Source of the DNA: Squalus acanthias
Lineage: Eukaryota
DNA: 64,000 nt
Direction: 5' to 3'
Assembly (NCBI GenBank): GCA_030390025.1
Contig: JASTWF010000330.1
Location: 434,001 to 498,000, forward strand
Part shown: piece after piece, positions 15,448 to 28,364 of the stretch
Position numbering within the stretch: the stretch's first letter is position 1
Layout of the letters: each line of letters starts with the position of its first letter
Notes under the pieces: generated by a model
The model's database searches: none
Seen by the model: the letters and a program-made list of their open reading frames with translations, nothing else
What the model was told of the DNA's origin: nothing
Made by a program: the position numbers and the translations under genes

Positions 15448-15482
15448 CTGAGGCTGCAGACACTGCTGGGATAGTGGATGAA
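15448..15482 (-). pseudogene. Truncated exon remnant (copy 3)
   Basis: Same sequence and junction as 3919-3953. Confidence 0.7.
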
Positions 15483-17588
15483 CTGTGTCCCACTCCCCTC
15501 AGAAACTGTGTCCCACTCCCCTCAGGAACTGTGTCCCACTCCGCTCAGGAACTGTGTCCAATCCCCTCAGAAACTGTGTCCCACTTCCCTGAGGAACTGT
15601 GTCCCACTCCCCTCAGAAACTGTGTCCCACTTCCCTCAGGAACTGTGTCCACTCCCCTCAGGAACTGTGTCCCACTCCCCTCAGGAGCTGTGTCCAATCC
15701 CCTCAGAAACTGTGTCCCACTTCCCTCAGGAACTGTGTCCCACTCCCCTCAGGAACTGTATCCCACTTCCCTCAGGAACTGTGTCCCACTCCCCTCAGAA
15801 ACTGTGTCCCACTCCCCTTAGGAACTGTGTCCCACTCCCCTCAGGAACTGTGTCCCAGTCCCCTCAGGAACTGTGTCCCACTCCCCTCAGGAACTGTGTC
15901 CACTCCCCTCAGGAACTGTGTCCCACTTCCCTCAGAAACTGTGTCCCACTCCCCTCAGGAACTGTGTCCCACTCCCCTCAGGAACTGTGTCCCACTCCCC
16001 TCTGGAACTGTGTCCCAGTCCCCTCAGGAACTGTGTCCCACTCCCCTCAGCAAACTGTGTCCCTCTCCCCTCAGGAACTGTGTCCCACTCCCCTCAGGAA
16101 CTGTGTCCACTCCCATCAGGAACTGTGTCCCACTCCCCTCAGGAACTGTGTCCCACTCCTCTCAGGAACTGTGTCCCACTCCCCTCAGGAACTGCGTTCC
16201 ACTCCCCACAGGAACTGTGTCTCACTCCCCTCAGGATCTGTGTCCCACTCCCCTCAGTCTCCTCACACACTCACCACAGTCTCCTCATCCCACTCCCCTC
16301 AGCCTCCTCATTCCACTCCGCTCAGTCTCCTGACCCCATCACATCAGTCTCCTCATCCCACTCCCATCTGTCTCCTCATCCCACTACCTTCAGTCACCTC
16401 ATTGCACTCCCCTCAGTTCCCACATCCCACTCCCCTCAGTTCCCACATCCCACTCCCCTCAGTCTCCTCATCCCACTCCCCTCAGTCTCCTCATCCCACT
16501 AACCTCAGTCTCCTCATTCCACTCTCCTCCGTCTCCTCATCCCACTCCCCTGAGTTCTCTCATCCTACTCCTAACAGTCTTCTCATCCCACTCCCCTCAT
16601 TCTCCTCATCGGTCTCCCTTCAGTCTCCTCATCCCACTCCCCTCAGTCTCCTCATCCCACTCCCCTCAGTCTCCTTAACTAACCCCCCTCAGTCTCAGCT
16701 CCCCACTCCCCTCAGTCTCCTCATCCCACTCCCCTCAGTCTCCTCATCCCAATCCCCTCAGTCTCCTGGATCACACTCACATCAGTCTCCTCATCCCACT
16801 CCCCTCAGTCTCCTGATCCCACTCGCCTCTGTCCCCTCATTCCACTCCCCTCAGTTCCCACATCCCACTCCCCTCAGTCTCCTCATCCCACTCCCTTCAG
16901 TCTCCTCATCCCACTCCCCTCAGTCTCCTGATCCCACATTCGCTCAGTCTCCTCATCCCACTCACTTCAGTCTCCTCATCCCACTCCCCTCAGTCTCCTG
17001 ATCCCACATTCCCCTCAGGCTCCTCATCCCACTCCCCTCAGTCTCCTCTTCCCACTCCCCTCAGTCTCCTCATCCCACTCCCCTCAGTCTCCTCAACCCA
17101 CTCCCCTCAGTCTCCTGGATCACACTCCCATCACTCTCCTCATCCCACTCCCCTCAGTCTCCTAATCCCTCTCGCCTTTTTCACCTCAACCCACACCATT
17201 CAGTCTCGTAATCCAAATGCCCTCAGTCTGCTCATGCCACTCCCCTAAGTCCACTCACCTCACTCCCTCAGTCTCCTCATGCCGCTCCCCTCAGTCTCCT
17301 CATCCCACTCCCCTCAGTTCCCTCATCCAACTGCCCTGTGTCTCCTCATCCCACTCCCCTCAGTGTCCTCATACCACACACCGCAGGCTCCTCATCCCAC
17401 TCCCTTCAGTCACGATACTCACTCCCCTCAGTCTCCTCATCCCTCTCCCCTAAGTCTACTCATCCCACTCCCCTCAGTCACGATACCCTTTTCCTCAGTA
17501 AGAGATTGGATGAATCTCCGGGAATGAGGTTTTCAGGAGTCACATTGAGTGAACACACTGTAAACAATGGGCCCCACAAGACAGATAC

Positions 17589-17684
17589 CTGAGGCTGCTG
17601 ACACTGCTGGGATAGTGGATGAACCGTCAGGAGATTCTTCAGTTGGTTGTTCCCCGGATGCCTGATTTGGGGACGTGGCCGGAC
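17589..17684 (-). CDS. Candidate 96-nt exon, GPATSPNQASGEQPTEESPDGSSTIPAVSAAS
   Basis: - strand: tctctcttcctttattgcag|GTCCGG...GCCTCAG|gtatct; 96 nt, open in phase 1. Confidence 0.72.
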
Positions 17685-20072
17685 CTGCAATAAAGGAAGA
17701 GAGAGATTGGAGAGTGGAGGAGTGAAGAACTCCAGAACAGTTCACCAGACTGAGACTAGAGCTGGAGAATGTCAGACACCAATCTTTATATGACCCAGAA
17801 TCATCCAATCCCACTCACCTCAGGAACTGTGTCCCACTCCCCTCAGGAACTGTGTCCCACTGCCCTCAGGAACTGCGTCCCACTCACCTCAGGAACTGCG
17901 TCCCAGTCCCCTCAGGAACTGTGTCCCACTCCCCTCAGTAACTGTTTCCCACTATCCTCAGGAACTGCCTCCCACTCCCCTCAGGAACTGTATCCCACTC
18001 ACCTCAGGAACTGTGTCCCACTCCCCTCAGGAACTGTGTCCCACTCCCCTCAGGAACTGTGTCACACTCCCCTCAGGAACTGTGTCACACTGCCCTCAGG
18101 AACTGCGTCCCACTCCCCTTAGGAACTGCGTACCACTCCCCTCAGGAACTGTGTCCCACTCCCCTCAGGAACTGTGTCCCACTCCCCTCAGGAACTGTGT
18201 CCCACTCACCTCAGGAACTGTGTCCCACTCCCCTCAGAATCTCTGTCCCACTCCCCTCAGGAACTGTGTCCCACTCCCCTCAGGAACTGTGTCCCACTCA
18301 CCTCAGGAACTGTGTCCCACTCCCCTCAGAATCTCTGTCCCACTCACCTCAGGAACTGTGTCCCACTCCCCTCAGAATCTCTGTCCCACTCCCCTCAGGA
18401 ACAGTGTCCCACTCCCCTCATGAACTTTGTCCAACTCCTCAGGAACTGTGTCCCACTCCCCTCTGGAACTGTGTCCCACTCCCCTCAGGAACTGTGTCCC
18501 ACTCACCTCAGGAACTGCATCCGACTCCCCTCGGGAACGGCGTCCCACTCCCCTCAGGAACCGCGTCCCACTCCCATCAGGAACTGTGTCCCACTACCCT
18601 CTGGAACTGTGTCCCACTCCCCTCAGGAACTGTGTCCCACTCCTCTCAGGAACTGTGTCCCACTCCCCTCAGGAACTGCGTTCCACTCCCCACAGAAACT
18701 GTGTCTCACTCCCCTCAGGATCTGTGTCCCACTCCCCTCAGTCTCCTCACACACTCACCACAGTCTCCTCATCCCACTCCCCTCAGCCTCCTCATTCCAC
18801 TCCGCTCAGTCTCCTGACCCCATCACATCAGTCTCCTCATCCCACTCCCATCTGTCTCCTCATCCCACTACCTTCAGTCACCTCATTGCACTCCCCTCAG
18901 TTCCCACATCCCACTCCCCTCAGTTCCCACATCCCACTCCCCTCAGTCTCCTCATCCCACTCCCCTCAGTCTCCTCATCCCACTAACCTCAGTCTCCTCA
19001 TTCCACTCTCCTCCGTCTCCTCATCCCACTCCCCTGAGTTCTCTCATCCTACTCCTAACAGTCTTCTCATCCCACTCCCCTCATTCTCCTCATCGGTCTC
19101 CCTTCAGTCTCCTCATCCCACTCCCCTCAATCTCCTCATCCCACTCCCCTCAGTCTCCTTAACTAACCCCCCTCAGTCTCATCTCCCCACTCCCCTCAGT
19201 CTCCTCATCCCACTCCCCTCAGTCTCCTCATCCCAATCCCCTCAGTCTCCTGGATCACACTCACATCAGTCTCCTCATCCCACTCCCCTCAGTCTCCTGA
19301 TCCCACTCGCCTCTGTCCCCTCATTCCACTCCCCTCAGTTCCCACATCCCACTCCCCTCAGTCTCCTCATCCCACTCCCTTCAGTCTCCTCATCCCACTC
19401 CCCTCAGTCTCCTGATCCCACATTCGCTCAGTCTCCTCATCCCACTCACTTCAGTCTCCTCATCCCACTCCCCTCAGTCTCCTGATCCCACATTCCCCTC
19501 AGGCTCCTCATCCCACTCCCCTCAGTCTCCTCTTCCCACTCCCCTCAGTCTCCTCATCCCACTCCCCTCAGTCTCCTCAACCCACTCCCCTCAGTCTCCT
19601 GGATCACACTCCCATCACTCTCCTCATCCCACTCCCCTCAGTCTCCTAATCCCTCTCGCCTTTTTCACCTCAACCCACACCATTCAGTCTCGTAATCCAA
19701 ATGCCCTCAGTCTGCTCATGCCACTCCCCTAAGTCCACTCACCTCACTCCCTCAGTCTCCTCATGCCGCTCCCCTCAGTCTCCTCATCCCACTCCCCTCA
19801 GTTCCCTCATCCAACTGCCCTGTGTCTCCTCATCCCACTCCCCTCAGTGTCCTCATACCACACACCGCAGGCTCCTCATCCCACTCCCTTCAGTCACGAT
19901 ACTCACTCCCCTCAGTCTCCTCATCCCTCTCCCCTAAGTCTACTCATCCCACTCCCCTCAGTCACGATACCCTTTTCCTCAGTAAGAGATTGGATGAATC
20001 TCCGGGAATGAGGTTTTCAGGAGTCACATTGAGTGAACACACTGTAAACAATGGGCCCCACAAGACAGATAC

Positions 20073-20168
20073 CTGAGGCTGCTGACACTGCTGGGATAGT
20101 GGATGAACCGTCAGGAGATTCTTCAGTTGGTTGTTCCCCGGATGCCTGATTTGGGGACGTGGCCGGAC
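20073..20168 (-). CDS. Candidate 96-nt exon, GPATSPNQASGEQPTEESPDGSSTIPAVSAAS
   Basis: Same as 17589-17684; ttgcag acceptor, gtatct donor. Confidence 0.72.
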
Positions 20169-22555
20169 CTGCAATAAAGGAAGAGAGAGATTGGAGAGTG
20201 GAGGAGTGAAGAACTCCAGAACAGTTCACCAGACTGAGACTAGAGCTGGAGAATGTCAGACACCAATCTTTATATGACCCAGAATCATCCAATCCCACTC
20301 ACCTCAGGAACTGTGTCCCACTCCCCTCAGGAACTGTGTCCCACTGCCCTCAGGAACTGCGTCCCACTCACCTCAGGAACTGCGTCCCAGTCCCCTCAGG
20401 AACTGTGTCCCACTCCCCTCAGTAACTGTTTCCCACTATCCTCAGGAACTGCCTCCCACTCCCCTCAGGAACTGTATCCCACTCACCTCAGGAACTGTGT
20501 CCCACTCCCCTCAGGAACTGTGTCCCACTCCCCTCAGGAACTGTGTCACACTCCCCTCAGGAACTGTGTCACACTGCCCTCAGGAACTGCGTCCCACTCC
20601 CCTTAGGAACTGCGTACCACTCCCCTCAGGAACTGTGTCCCACTCCCCTCAGGAACTGTGTCCCACTCCCCTCAGGAACTGTGTCCCACTCACCTCAGGA
20701 ACTGTGTCCCACTCCCCTCAGAATCTCTGTCCCACTCCCCTCAGGAACTGTGTCCCACTCCCCTCAGGAACTGTGTCCCACTCACCTCAGGAACTGTGTC
20801 CCACTCCCCTCAGAATCTCTGTCCCACTCACCTCAGGAACTGTGTCCCACTCCCCTCAGAATCTCTGTCCCACTCCCCTCAGGAACAGTGTCCCACTCCC
20901 CTCATGAACTTTGTCCAACTCCTCAGGAACTGTGTCCCACTCCCCTCTGGAACTGTGTCCCACTCCCCTCAGGAACTGTGTCCCACTCACCTCAGGAACT
21001 GCATCCGACTCCCCTCGGAACGGCGTCCCACTCCCCTCAGGAACCGCGTCCCACTCCCATCAGGAACTGTGTCCCACTACCCTCTGGAACTGTGTCCCAC
21101 TCCCCTCAGGAACTGTGTCCCACTCCTCTCAGGAACTGTGTCCCACTCCCCTCAGGAACTGCGTTCCACTCCCCACAGAAACTGTGTCTCACTCCCCTCA
21201 GGATCTGTGTCCCACTCCCCTCAGTCTCCTCACACACTCACCACAGTCTCCTCATCCCACTCCCCTCAGCCTCCTCATTCCACTCCGCTCAGTCTCCTGA
21301 CCCCATCACATCAGTCTCCTCATCCCACTCCCATCTGTCTCCTCATCCCACTACCTTCAGTCACCTCATTGCACTCCCCTCAGTTCCCACATCCCACTCC
21401 CCTCAGTTCCCACATCCCACTCCCCTCAGTCTCCTCATCCCACTCCCCTCAGTCTCCTCATCCCACTAACCTCAGTCTCCTCATTCCACTCTCCTCCGTC
21501 TCCTCATCCCACTCCCCTGAGTTCTCTCATCCTACTCCTAACAGTCTTCTCATCCCACTCCCCTCATTCTCCTCATCGCTCTCCCTTCAGTCTCCTCATC
21601 CCACTCCCCTCAGTCTCCTCATCCCACTCCCCTCAGTCTCCTTAACTAACCCCCCTCAGTCTCATCTCCCCACTCCCCTCAGTCTCCTCATCCCACTCCC
21701 CTCAGTCTCCTCATCCCAATCCCCTCAGTCTCCTGGATCACACTCACATCAGTCTCCTCATCCCACTCCCCTCAGTCTCCTGATCCCACTCGCCTCTGTC
21801 CCCTCATTCCACTCCCCTCAGTTCCCACATCCCACTCCCCTCAGTCTCCTCATCCCACTCCCTTCAGTCTCCTCATCCCACTCCCCTCAGTCTCCTGATC
21901 CCACATTCGCTCAGTCTCCTCATCCCACTCACTTCAGTCTCCTCATCCCACTCCCCTCAGTCTCCTGATCCCACATTCCCCTCAGGCTCCTCATCCCACT
22001 CCCCTCAGTCTCCTCTTCCCACTCCCCTCAGTCTCCTCATCCCACTCCCCTCAGTCTCCTCAACCCACTCCCCTCAGTCTCCTGGATCACACTCCCATCA
22101 CTCTCCTCATCCCACTCCCCTCAGTCTCCTAATCCCTCTCGCCTTTTTCACCTCAACCCACACCATTCAGTCTCGTAATCCAAATGCCCTCAGTCTGCTC
22201 ATGCCACTCCCCTAAGTCCACTCACCTCACTCCCTCAGTCTCCTCATGCCGCTCCCCTCAGTCTCCTCATCCCACTCCCCTCAGTTCCCTCATCCAACTG
22301 CCCTGTGTCTCCTCATCCCACTCCCCTCAGTGTCCTCATACCACACACCGCAGGCTCCTCATCCCACTCCCTTCAGTCACGATACTCACTCCCCTCAGTC
22401 TCCTCATCCCTCTCCCCTAAGTCTACTCATCCCACTCCCCTCAGTCACGATACCCTTTTCCTCAGTAAGAGATTGGATGAATCTCCGGGAATGAGGTTTT
22501 CAGGAGTCACATTGAGTGAACACACTGTAAACAATGGGCCCCACAAGACAGTTAC

Positions 22556-22651
22556 CTGAGGCTGCTGACACTGCTGGGATAGTGGATGAACCGTCAGGAG
22601 ATTCTTCAGTTGGTTGTTCCCCGGATGCCTGATTTGGGGACGTGGCCGGAC
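22556..22651 (-). CDS. Candidate 96-nt exon, GPATSPNQASGEQPTEESPDGSSTIPAVSAAS
   Basis: ttgcag acceptor; donor variant CAG|gtaact keeps GT. Confidence 0.72.
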
Positions 22652-24186
22652 CTGCAATAAAGGAAGAGAGAGATTGGAGAGTGGAGGAGTGAAGAACTCC
22701 AGAACAGTTCACCAGACTGAGACTAGAGCTGGAGAATGTCAGACACCAGTCTTTATATGACCCAGAATCATCCAATCCCACTCACCTCAGGAACTGTGTC
22801 CCACTCCCCTCAGGAACTGTGTCCCACTGCCCTCAGGAACTGCGTCCCACTCACCTCAGGAACTGCGTCCCAGTCCCCTCAGGAACTGTGTCCCACTCCC
22901 CTCAGTAACTGTTTCCCACTATCCTCAGGAACTGCCTCCCACTCCCCTCAGGAACTGTATCCCACTCACCTCAGGAACTGTGTCCCACTCCCCTCAGGAA
23001 CTGTGTCCCACTCCCCTCAGGAACTGTGTCACACTCCCCTCAGGAACTGTGTCACACTGCCCTCAGGAACTGCGTCCCACTCCCCTTAGGAACTGCGTAC
23101 CACTCCCCTCAGGAACTGTGTCCCACTCCCCTCAGGAACTGTGTCCCACTCCCCTCAGGAACTGTGTCCCACTCACCTCAGGAACTGTGTCCCACTCCCC
23201 TCAGAATCTCTGTCCCACTCCCCTCAGGAACTGTGTCCCACTCCCCTCAGGAACTGTGTCCCACTCACCTCAGGAACTGTGTCCCACTCCCCTCAGAATC
23301 TCTGTCCCACTCACCTCAGGAACTGTGTCCCACTCCCCTCAGAATCTCTGTCCCACTCCCCTCAGGAACAGTGTCCCACTCCCCTCATGAACTTTGTCCA
23401 ACTCCTCAGGAACTGTGTCCCACTCCCCTCTGGAACTGTGTCCCACTCCCCTCAGGAACTGTGTCCCACTCACCTCAGGAACTGCATCCGACTCCCCTCG
23501 GGAACGGCGTCCCACTCCCCTCAGGAACCGCGTCCCACTCCCATCAGGAACTGTGTCCCACTACCCTCTGGAACTGTGTCCCACTCACCTGAGGAACTGC
23601 ATCCGACTCCCCTCGGGAACGGCGTCCCACTCCCCTCAGGAACCGCGTCCCACTCCCCTCAGGAACTGTGTCCCACTCCCCTCAGGAACTGTGTCCCACT
23701 CCCCTCAGAAACTGCGTCCCACTCCCCTCAGGAACTGCATCCGACTCCCCTCGGGAACTGCGTCCTACACCCATCAGGAACTGCGTCCGACTGCCCTCGG
23801 GAGCTTCGTCCCACTCCACTCAGGAACTGCATCCCACTCCCCTCAGGAACTGCATCCCACTCCCTCAGGAATTGTGTCCCACTCCCCTCAGGAACTGTGT
23901 CCCACTCCCTCACTCTCCGCATTCCACTTCCCTCAGTCTCCACATCCCACTCGCCTCAATCTCCTCACCCCCGTCACCTCTGTCTCCGCATCCCACTCCC
24001 CTCAGTTCCCGCATCCCACTCCAATCCGTCTCCTCATCCCACTCCCCTCAGTCCCCTCATCCCACGACCACAAGTCTCCTCCTCCCACTCTCTCAGTAAG
24101 AGATTGGATGAATCTCCGGGAATGAGGTTTTCAGGAGTCACATTGAGTGAACAGAATGTAAACAATGGGCCCCACAAGACAGATAC

Positions 24187-24282
24187 CTGAGGCTGCAGAC
24201 ACTGCTGGGATATTGGATGAACGGTCAGCAAATTCCTCAGTTGGTTGTTCCTCCGTTTCCTGATTTGGGGACGTTGCCGGAC
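24187..24282 (-). CDS. Candidate 96-nt exon, GPATSPNQETEEQPTEEFADRSSNIPAVSAAS
   Basis: ttacag acceptor, gtatct donor; sequence intermediate between the G-type and D-type exons. Confidence 0.72.
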
Positions 24283-25646
24283 CTGTAATAAAGGAAGAGA
24301 GAGATTGGAGAGTGGAGGAGTGAAGAACACCAGAAGAGGTCACCAGACTGGGAGTAGAGTTGGAGAATGTCAGACACCAGTCTTCACATGACCCAGAATC
24401 ATACAATCCCACTCCCCTCAGGAACTGTGTCCCACTTCCCTCAGGAACTCTGTCCCATTTCCCTCAGGAACTGTGTCCCACTCCCCTCAGGAACTGTGTC
24501 CCACTCCCCTCAGTAACTGTGTCCCACTCCCCTCAGGAACTGTGTCCCACTCCCCTCAGGAACTGAGTCCCACTCCCCTCAGGAACTGTGTCCCACTCCC
24601 CTCAGGAACTGTGTCCCACTTCCCTCAGGAACTCTGTCCCATTCCCCTCAGGAACTGTGTCCCACTCCCCTCAGGAACTGTGTCCCACTCCCCTCAGGAA
24701 CTGAGTCCCACTCCCCTCAGGAACTGTGTCCCACTCCCCTCAGGAACTGTGTCCCTCTCCCCTCAGGAACTGTGTCCCACTCCCCTCAGGAACTGTGTCC
24801 CACTCCCCTCAGGAACTGTGTCCTACTCCCCTCAGGAACTGTGTCCCACTCCCCTCAGGAACTGTGTCCCACTCCCCTCAGGAACTGTGTCCCACTCCCC
24901 TCAGGAACTGTGTCCCACTCCCCTCAGGAACTGTGTCCCACTCCCCTCAGGAACTGTGTCCCACTCCCCTCAGGAACTGTGTCCCACTCCCCTCAGGAAC
25001 TGAGTCCCACTCCCCTCAGGAACTGTGTCCCACTCCCCTCAGCAACTGTGTCCCTCTTCCCTCAGGAACTGTGTCCCACTCCCCTCAGGAACTGTGTCCC
25101 ACTCCCCTCAGGAGCTGCGTCCACTCCCCGCGGGAACTGCGTCCCACTCCCCTCAGGAACTGCGTCCGACTCCCCTCGGGAGATTCGTCCCACTCCCCTC
25201 AGGAACTGCATCCCACTCCCCTCAGGAACTGTGTCCCAATCCCCTCAGGAACTGTGTCCCACTCCCCTCAGGAACTGTGTCCCACTTCCCTCAGGAACTC
25301 TGTCCCACTCCCCTCAGGAACTGTGTCCCACTCCCCTCAGCAACTGTGTCCCAAACCACTCAAGAACTGTGACCCAGTCCCCTCATGAACTGTGTCCCAC
25401 TCCCCTCAGGAACTGTGTCCCACTTCCCTCAGGAACTGTGTCCCACTCCCCTCAGGAACTGTGTCCCACTCCCCTCAGGAACTGTGTCCCACTCCCCTCA
25501 GGAACTGTGTCCCACTCCCCTCAGGAACTGTGTCCCACTCCACTCAGAAACTGTGTGCAACTCCCCTCAGGAACTGTGTCCCACTCCCCTCAGGAACTGT
25601 GTCCCACTCCACTCAGAAACTGTGTGCAACTCCCCTCAGGAACTGT

Positions 25647-26146
25647 NNNNNNNNNNNNNNNNNNNNNNNNNNNNNNNNNNNNNNNNNNNNNNNNNNNNNN
25701 NNNNNNNNNNNNNNNNNNNNNNNNNNNNNNNNNNNNNNNNNNNNNNNNNNNNNNNNNNNNNNNNNNNNNNNNNNNNNNNNNNNNNNNNNNNNNNNNNNNN
25801 NNNNNNNNNNNNNNNNNNNNNNNNNNNNNNNNNNNNNNNNNNNNNNNNNNNNNNNNNNNNNNNNNNNNNNNNNNNNNNNNNNNNNNNNNNNNNNNNNNNN
25901 NNNNNNNNNNNNNNNNNNNNNNNNNNNNNNNNNNNNNNNNNNNNNNNNNNNNNNNNNNNNNNNNNNNNNNNNNNNNNNNNNNNNNNNNNNNNNNNNNNNN
26001 NNNNNNNNNNNNNNNNNNNNNNNNNNNNNNNNNNNNNNNNNNNNNNNNNNNNNNNNNNNNNNNNNNNNNNNNNNNNNNNNNNNNNNNNNNNNNNNNNNNN
26101 NNNNNNNNNNNNNNNNNNNNNNNNNNNNNNNNNNNNNNNNNNNNNN
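25647..26146. other. Assembly gap (500 N)
   Basis: Run of exactly 500 N; repeat and exon orientation invert across it. Confidence 0.99.
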
Positions 26147-26332
26147 CTGTGGGAATGGGATGAGAATACTTTGTGGAGTGGTATGAGGAGACTAGGGCAG
26201 TGGGATGAGGAGACTGGGTGCAGTCGGACGCAGTGAGTGAGTGGGATTGTGATTGGCTCCAGTACCAGCCTGATGACATTTTCTGGTTTTATCCACTCTA
26301 CACTCTCCCCTGTCTCTCTTCATTTATTACAG

Positions 26333-26428
26333 ATCCGGAAACACTCACAGCACAGGAACCCGAGGAACAGTCGACTCGAGAATCCACTGACCGTTCATTC
26401 ACTATCCCAGTGGGGTCTGCAGTCTCAG
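26333..26428 (+). CDS. Candidate 96-nt exon, DPETLTAQEPEEQSTRESTDRSFTIPVGSAVS
   Basis: tctctcttcatttattacag|ATCCGG...GTCTCAG|gtatct. Confidence 0.72.
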
Positions 26429-28364
26429 GTATCTGTCTCGTTCGGTACATTGTGTGAAGTCTGTTCACCCAATGTGACTCCTGAAAAGCTCATCCTGTCT
26501 CTTACTGAGTGAGTGGCTCTTGTGACTGAGGGGAGCGGGATGAGGAGACTGAGGGGAGTGGGATGTTGATATTGAGGGAAGTGGGATGAGGAGACTGAGG
26601 GGAGTGGGAAAAGGAGACTCAAGGGAGTGGGATGAGGAGACTGAGGGGTGTGGAATGAGGAGACTGAAGGGAGTGTGGATGACGAGACTGAAGGGAGTGG
26701 GATGAGGAGACTGCGGGGAATTGGATGAGGAGACTGAGGGGAGAGGTATGTGGAGACTGAGGGGAGTGGGATGAGGAGACTGAGGGGAGTGGGATGAGGA
26801 GACTGAGGGTGGTGGGATGAGGAGACTGAGGGGAGTGGGATGAGGAGACCGAGGGGAGTGGGATGAGGAGAATGAGGGGAGTGGGATGAGGAGACTGAAC
26901 GGAGTGGGATGACGAAACTGAGGGGAGTGGGATGAGGAGATTGGGGGAGTGGGGTTAGGTGACTGAGGGGAATGGGATGAAGGGTCTGAGGGGAGCTGGA
27001 TGAGGAGACTTAGGGGAGCTGGATGAGGAGACTGAGGGGAGTGGGATGAGGAGACTGAGGGGAGTGGGAAAAAGAGACTGAATGGAGTGGGATGAGGAAA
27101 CTGAGGTGTGTGGGATGAGGAGACTGATGGGAGTGGGATGACGAGACTGAGGGGAGTGGGATGAGAAGACTGAGGGGAATGGGATGTGGAGACTCAGTGG
27201 AGTGGGATGTGGAGACTGAGGGGAGTGGGATGTGGAGACTGAGGGGAGTGGGGTGTGGAGACTGAGGGGAGTGGGATGAGGAGACTGAGGGGAGTGGGAT
27301 GTGGAGACAGAGGGGAGTGGGATGAGGAGACTGAGGGGAGTGGGATCAGGAGAATGTGGGGAGTGGGATGATGATACTGATGTGAGTGGGAGCAGGAGGC
27401 TGAGGGGAATGGAATGAGTAGACTGAGGGGAGTGGGATGAGGAGACCGAGGGGAGTGGGATGAGGTGACTGTGGGGTGTGGGATGATGAGACTGAGGGGA
27501 GTGGGAAGAGGAGACTGAGGGGAGTGGGAAGAGGAGACTGAGGGGAGTGGGAAGAGGAGACTGTGTGGAGTGGGATGAGGAGACTGAGGGGAGTGGGATG
27601 AGGAGTCTGTGTGGAGTGGGATGAGGAGACTAAGGGGGAGTGTGATGTGGAGTCTGAAGGGAGTGGTATGAGGAGACTGAGGGGAGCTGGATGAGGAGAC
27701 AGAGGGGAGTGGGATGAGGAGACTGAGGGGGGTGGGATGAGGAGAGTGAGGGGAGTGGGATGAGGAGACCGAGGGGAGTGGGATGAGGAGACTGAGGGGA
27801 GTGGGATGAGGAGACTGAGGGGAGTGGGATGAGGAGACTGACGTGAGTGGAATGAGGAGACTGTGGGGAATGGGATGAGAATACTTTGTGGAGTGGTATG
27901 AGGAGATTAGGGCAGTGGGATGAGGAGACTGAAGGGAGTGGGATTACGAGACTGAGGGGAGTGGGATGAGGAGATTGGGGGAGTGGGGTTTGGTGACTGC
28001 GGGGAATGGGATGAGGAGACTGACGGGAGCTGGATGAGGAGACTTAGGGGAGCTGGATGAGGAGACGGTCGGGAATGGGATGAGAAAACTTTGTGGATTG
28101 GTATGAGGTGATTAAGGGGAGTGGGACACGGTTCCTGAGGGGAGAGGGACACAGTTTCTGTGGGGAGTGGGACGCAGTTCCTGAGGCGTGTGGGACACAG
28201 TTCCTGAGTGGTGTGGGACGCAGTTCCTGAGTGGTGTGGGACGCAGTTCCTGAGGGGAGTCAGAAGGAATGAGTGGGATTGTGATTGGCTTCAGTTCCAG
28301 CCTGATGAACTGTTCTGGTTTTCACCACTCTGCACTCTCCTATGTCTCTCTTCCTTTATTACAG

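Larger units (their letters stand above)
2221..16560. repeat. Higher-order tandem duplication, ~5.7-5.9 kb unit, about 2.5 copies
   Basis: Landmarks recur: truncated cassette at 3919/9774/15448; CAGGATCTACCTCCC at 2221/8033/13820; shared rare monomer variants. Boundaries approximate. Confidence 0.9.
16140..23590. repeat. Higher-order tandem repeat, ~2.48 kb unit x3, each with one exon cassette
   Basis: Exons at 17589, 20073, 22556 (offsets 2484, 2483) with near-identical flanking satellite variants. Boundaries approximate. Confidence 0.93.
1..25646. repeat. Composite minisatellite field: 23-bp type A (GGAACTGTGTCCCACTCCCCTCA, dominant) alternating with 23-bp type B (GTCTCCTCATCCCACTCCCCTCA); C-rich on + strand
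   Basis: Direct reading: near-perfect type A array 1-~1255, type B ~1256-2220, then alternating blocks; the three-frame SHSPQELCPTPLRNCVPLPSGTV cycling in the ORF track reflects the 23-nt period. Confidence 0.97.

Noticed and set aside
7..25400. Very long ORFs (up to ~940 aa) rich in S/H/P/L/C on the + strand, and equivalents in contigs 2-3
   Set aside because: They are open in all three frames with the same cycling peptide because the C-rich 23-mers lack stop codons; monomer indels shift frames freely.
24772..26279. ORFs running through N gaps (also around 50570-51510)
   Set aside because: Artefacts of translating N as X.
26268..26510. Cassette as a C/D-box snoRNA array (CTGATGA ... CTGA)
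   Set aside because: The putative C box is not conserved (CTGGTGA, CTGATTA, CTAATGT, CGGATGA variants), no terminal stem is evident, and splice signals explain the structure better.
26218..26512. 80-100 aa single-exon ORFs spanning the cassette (MSEWDCDWLQ..., MSGIVIGSS...)
   Set aside because: Mostly non-ATG starts; they read through the polypyrimidine tract, and indels in the flanks break them in some copies while the 96-nt core stays intact.
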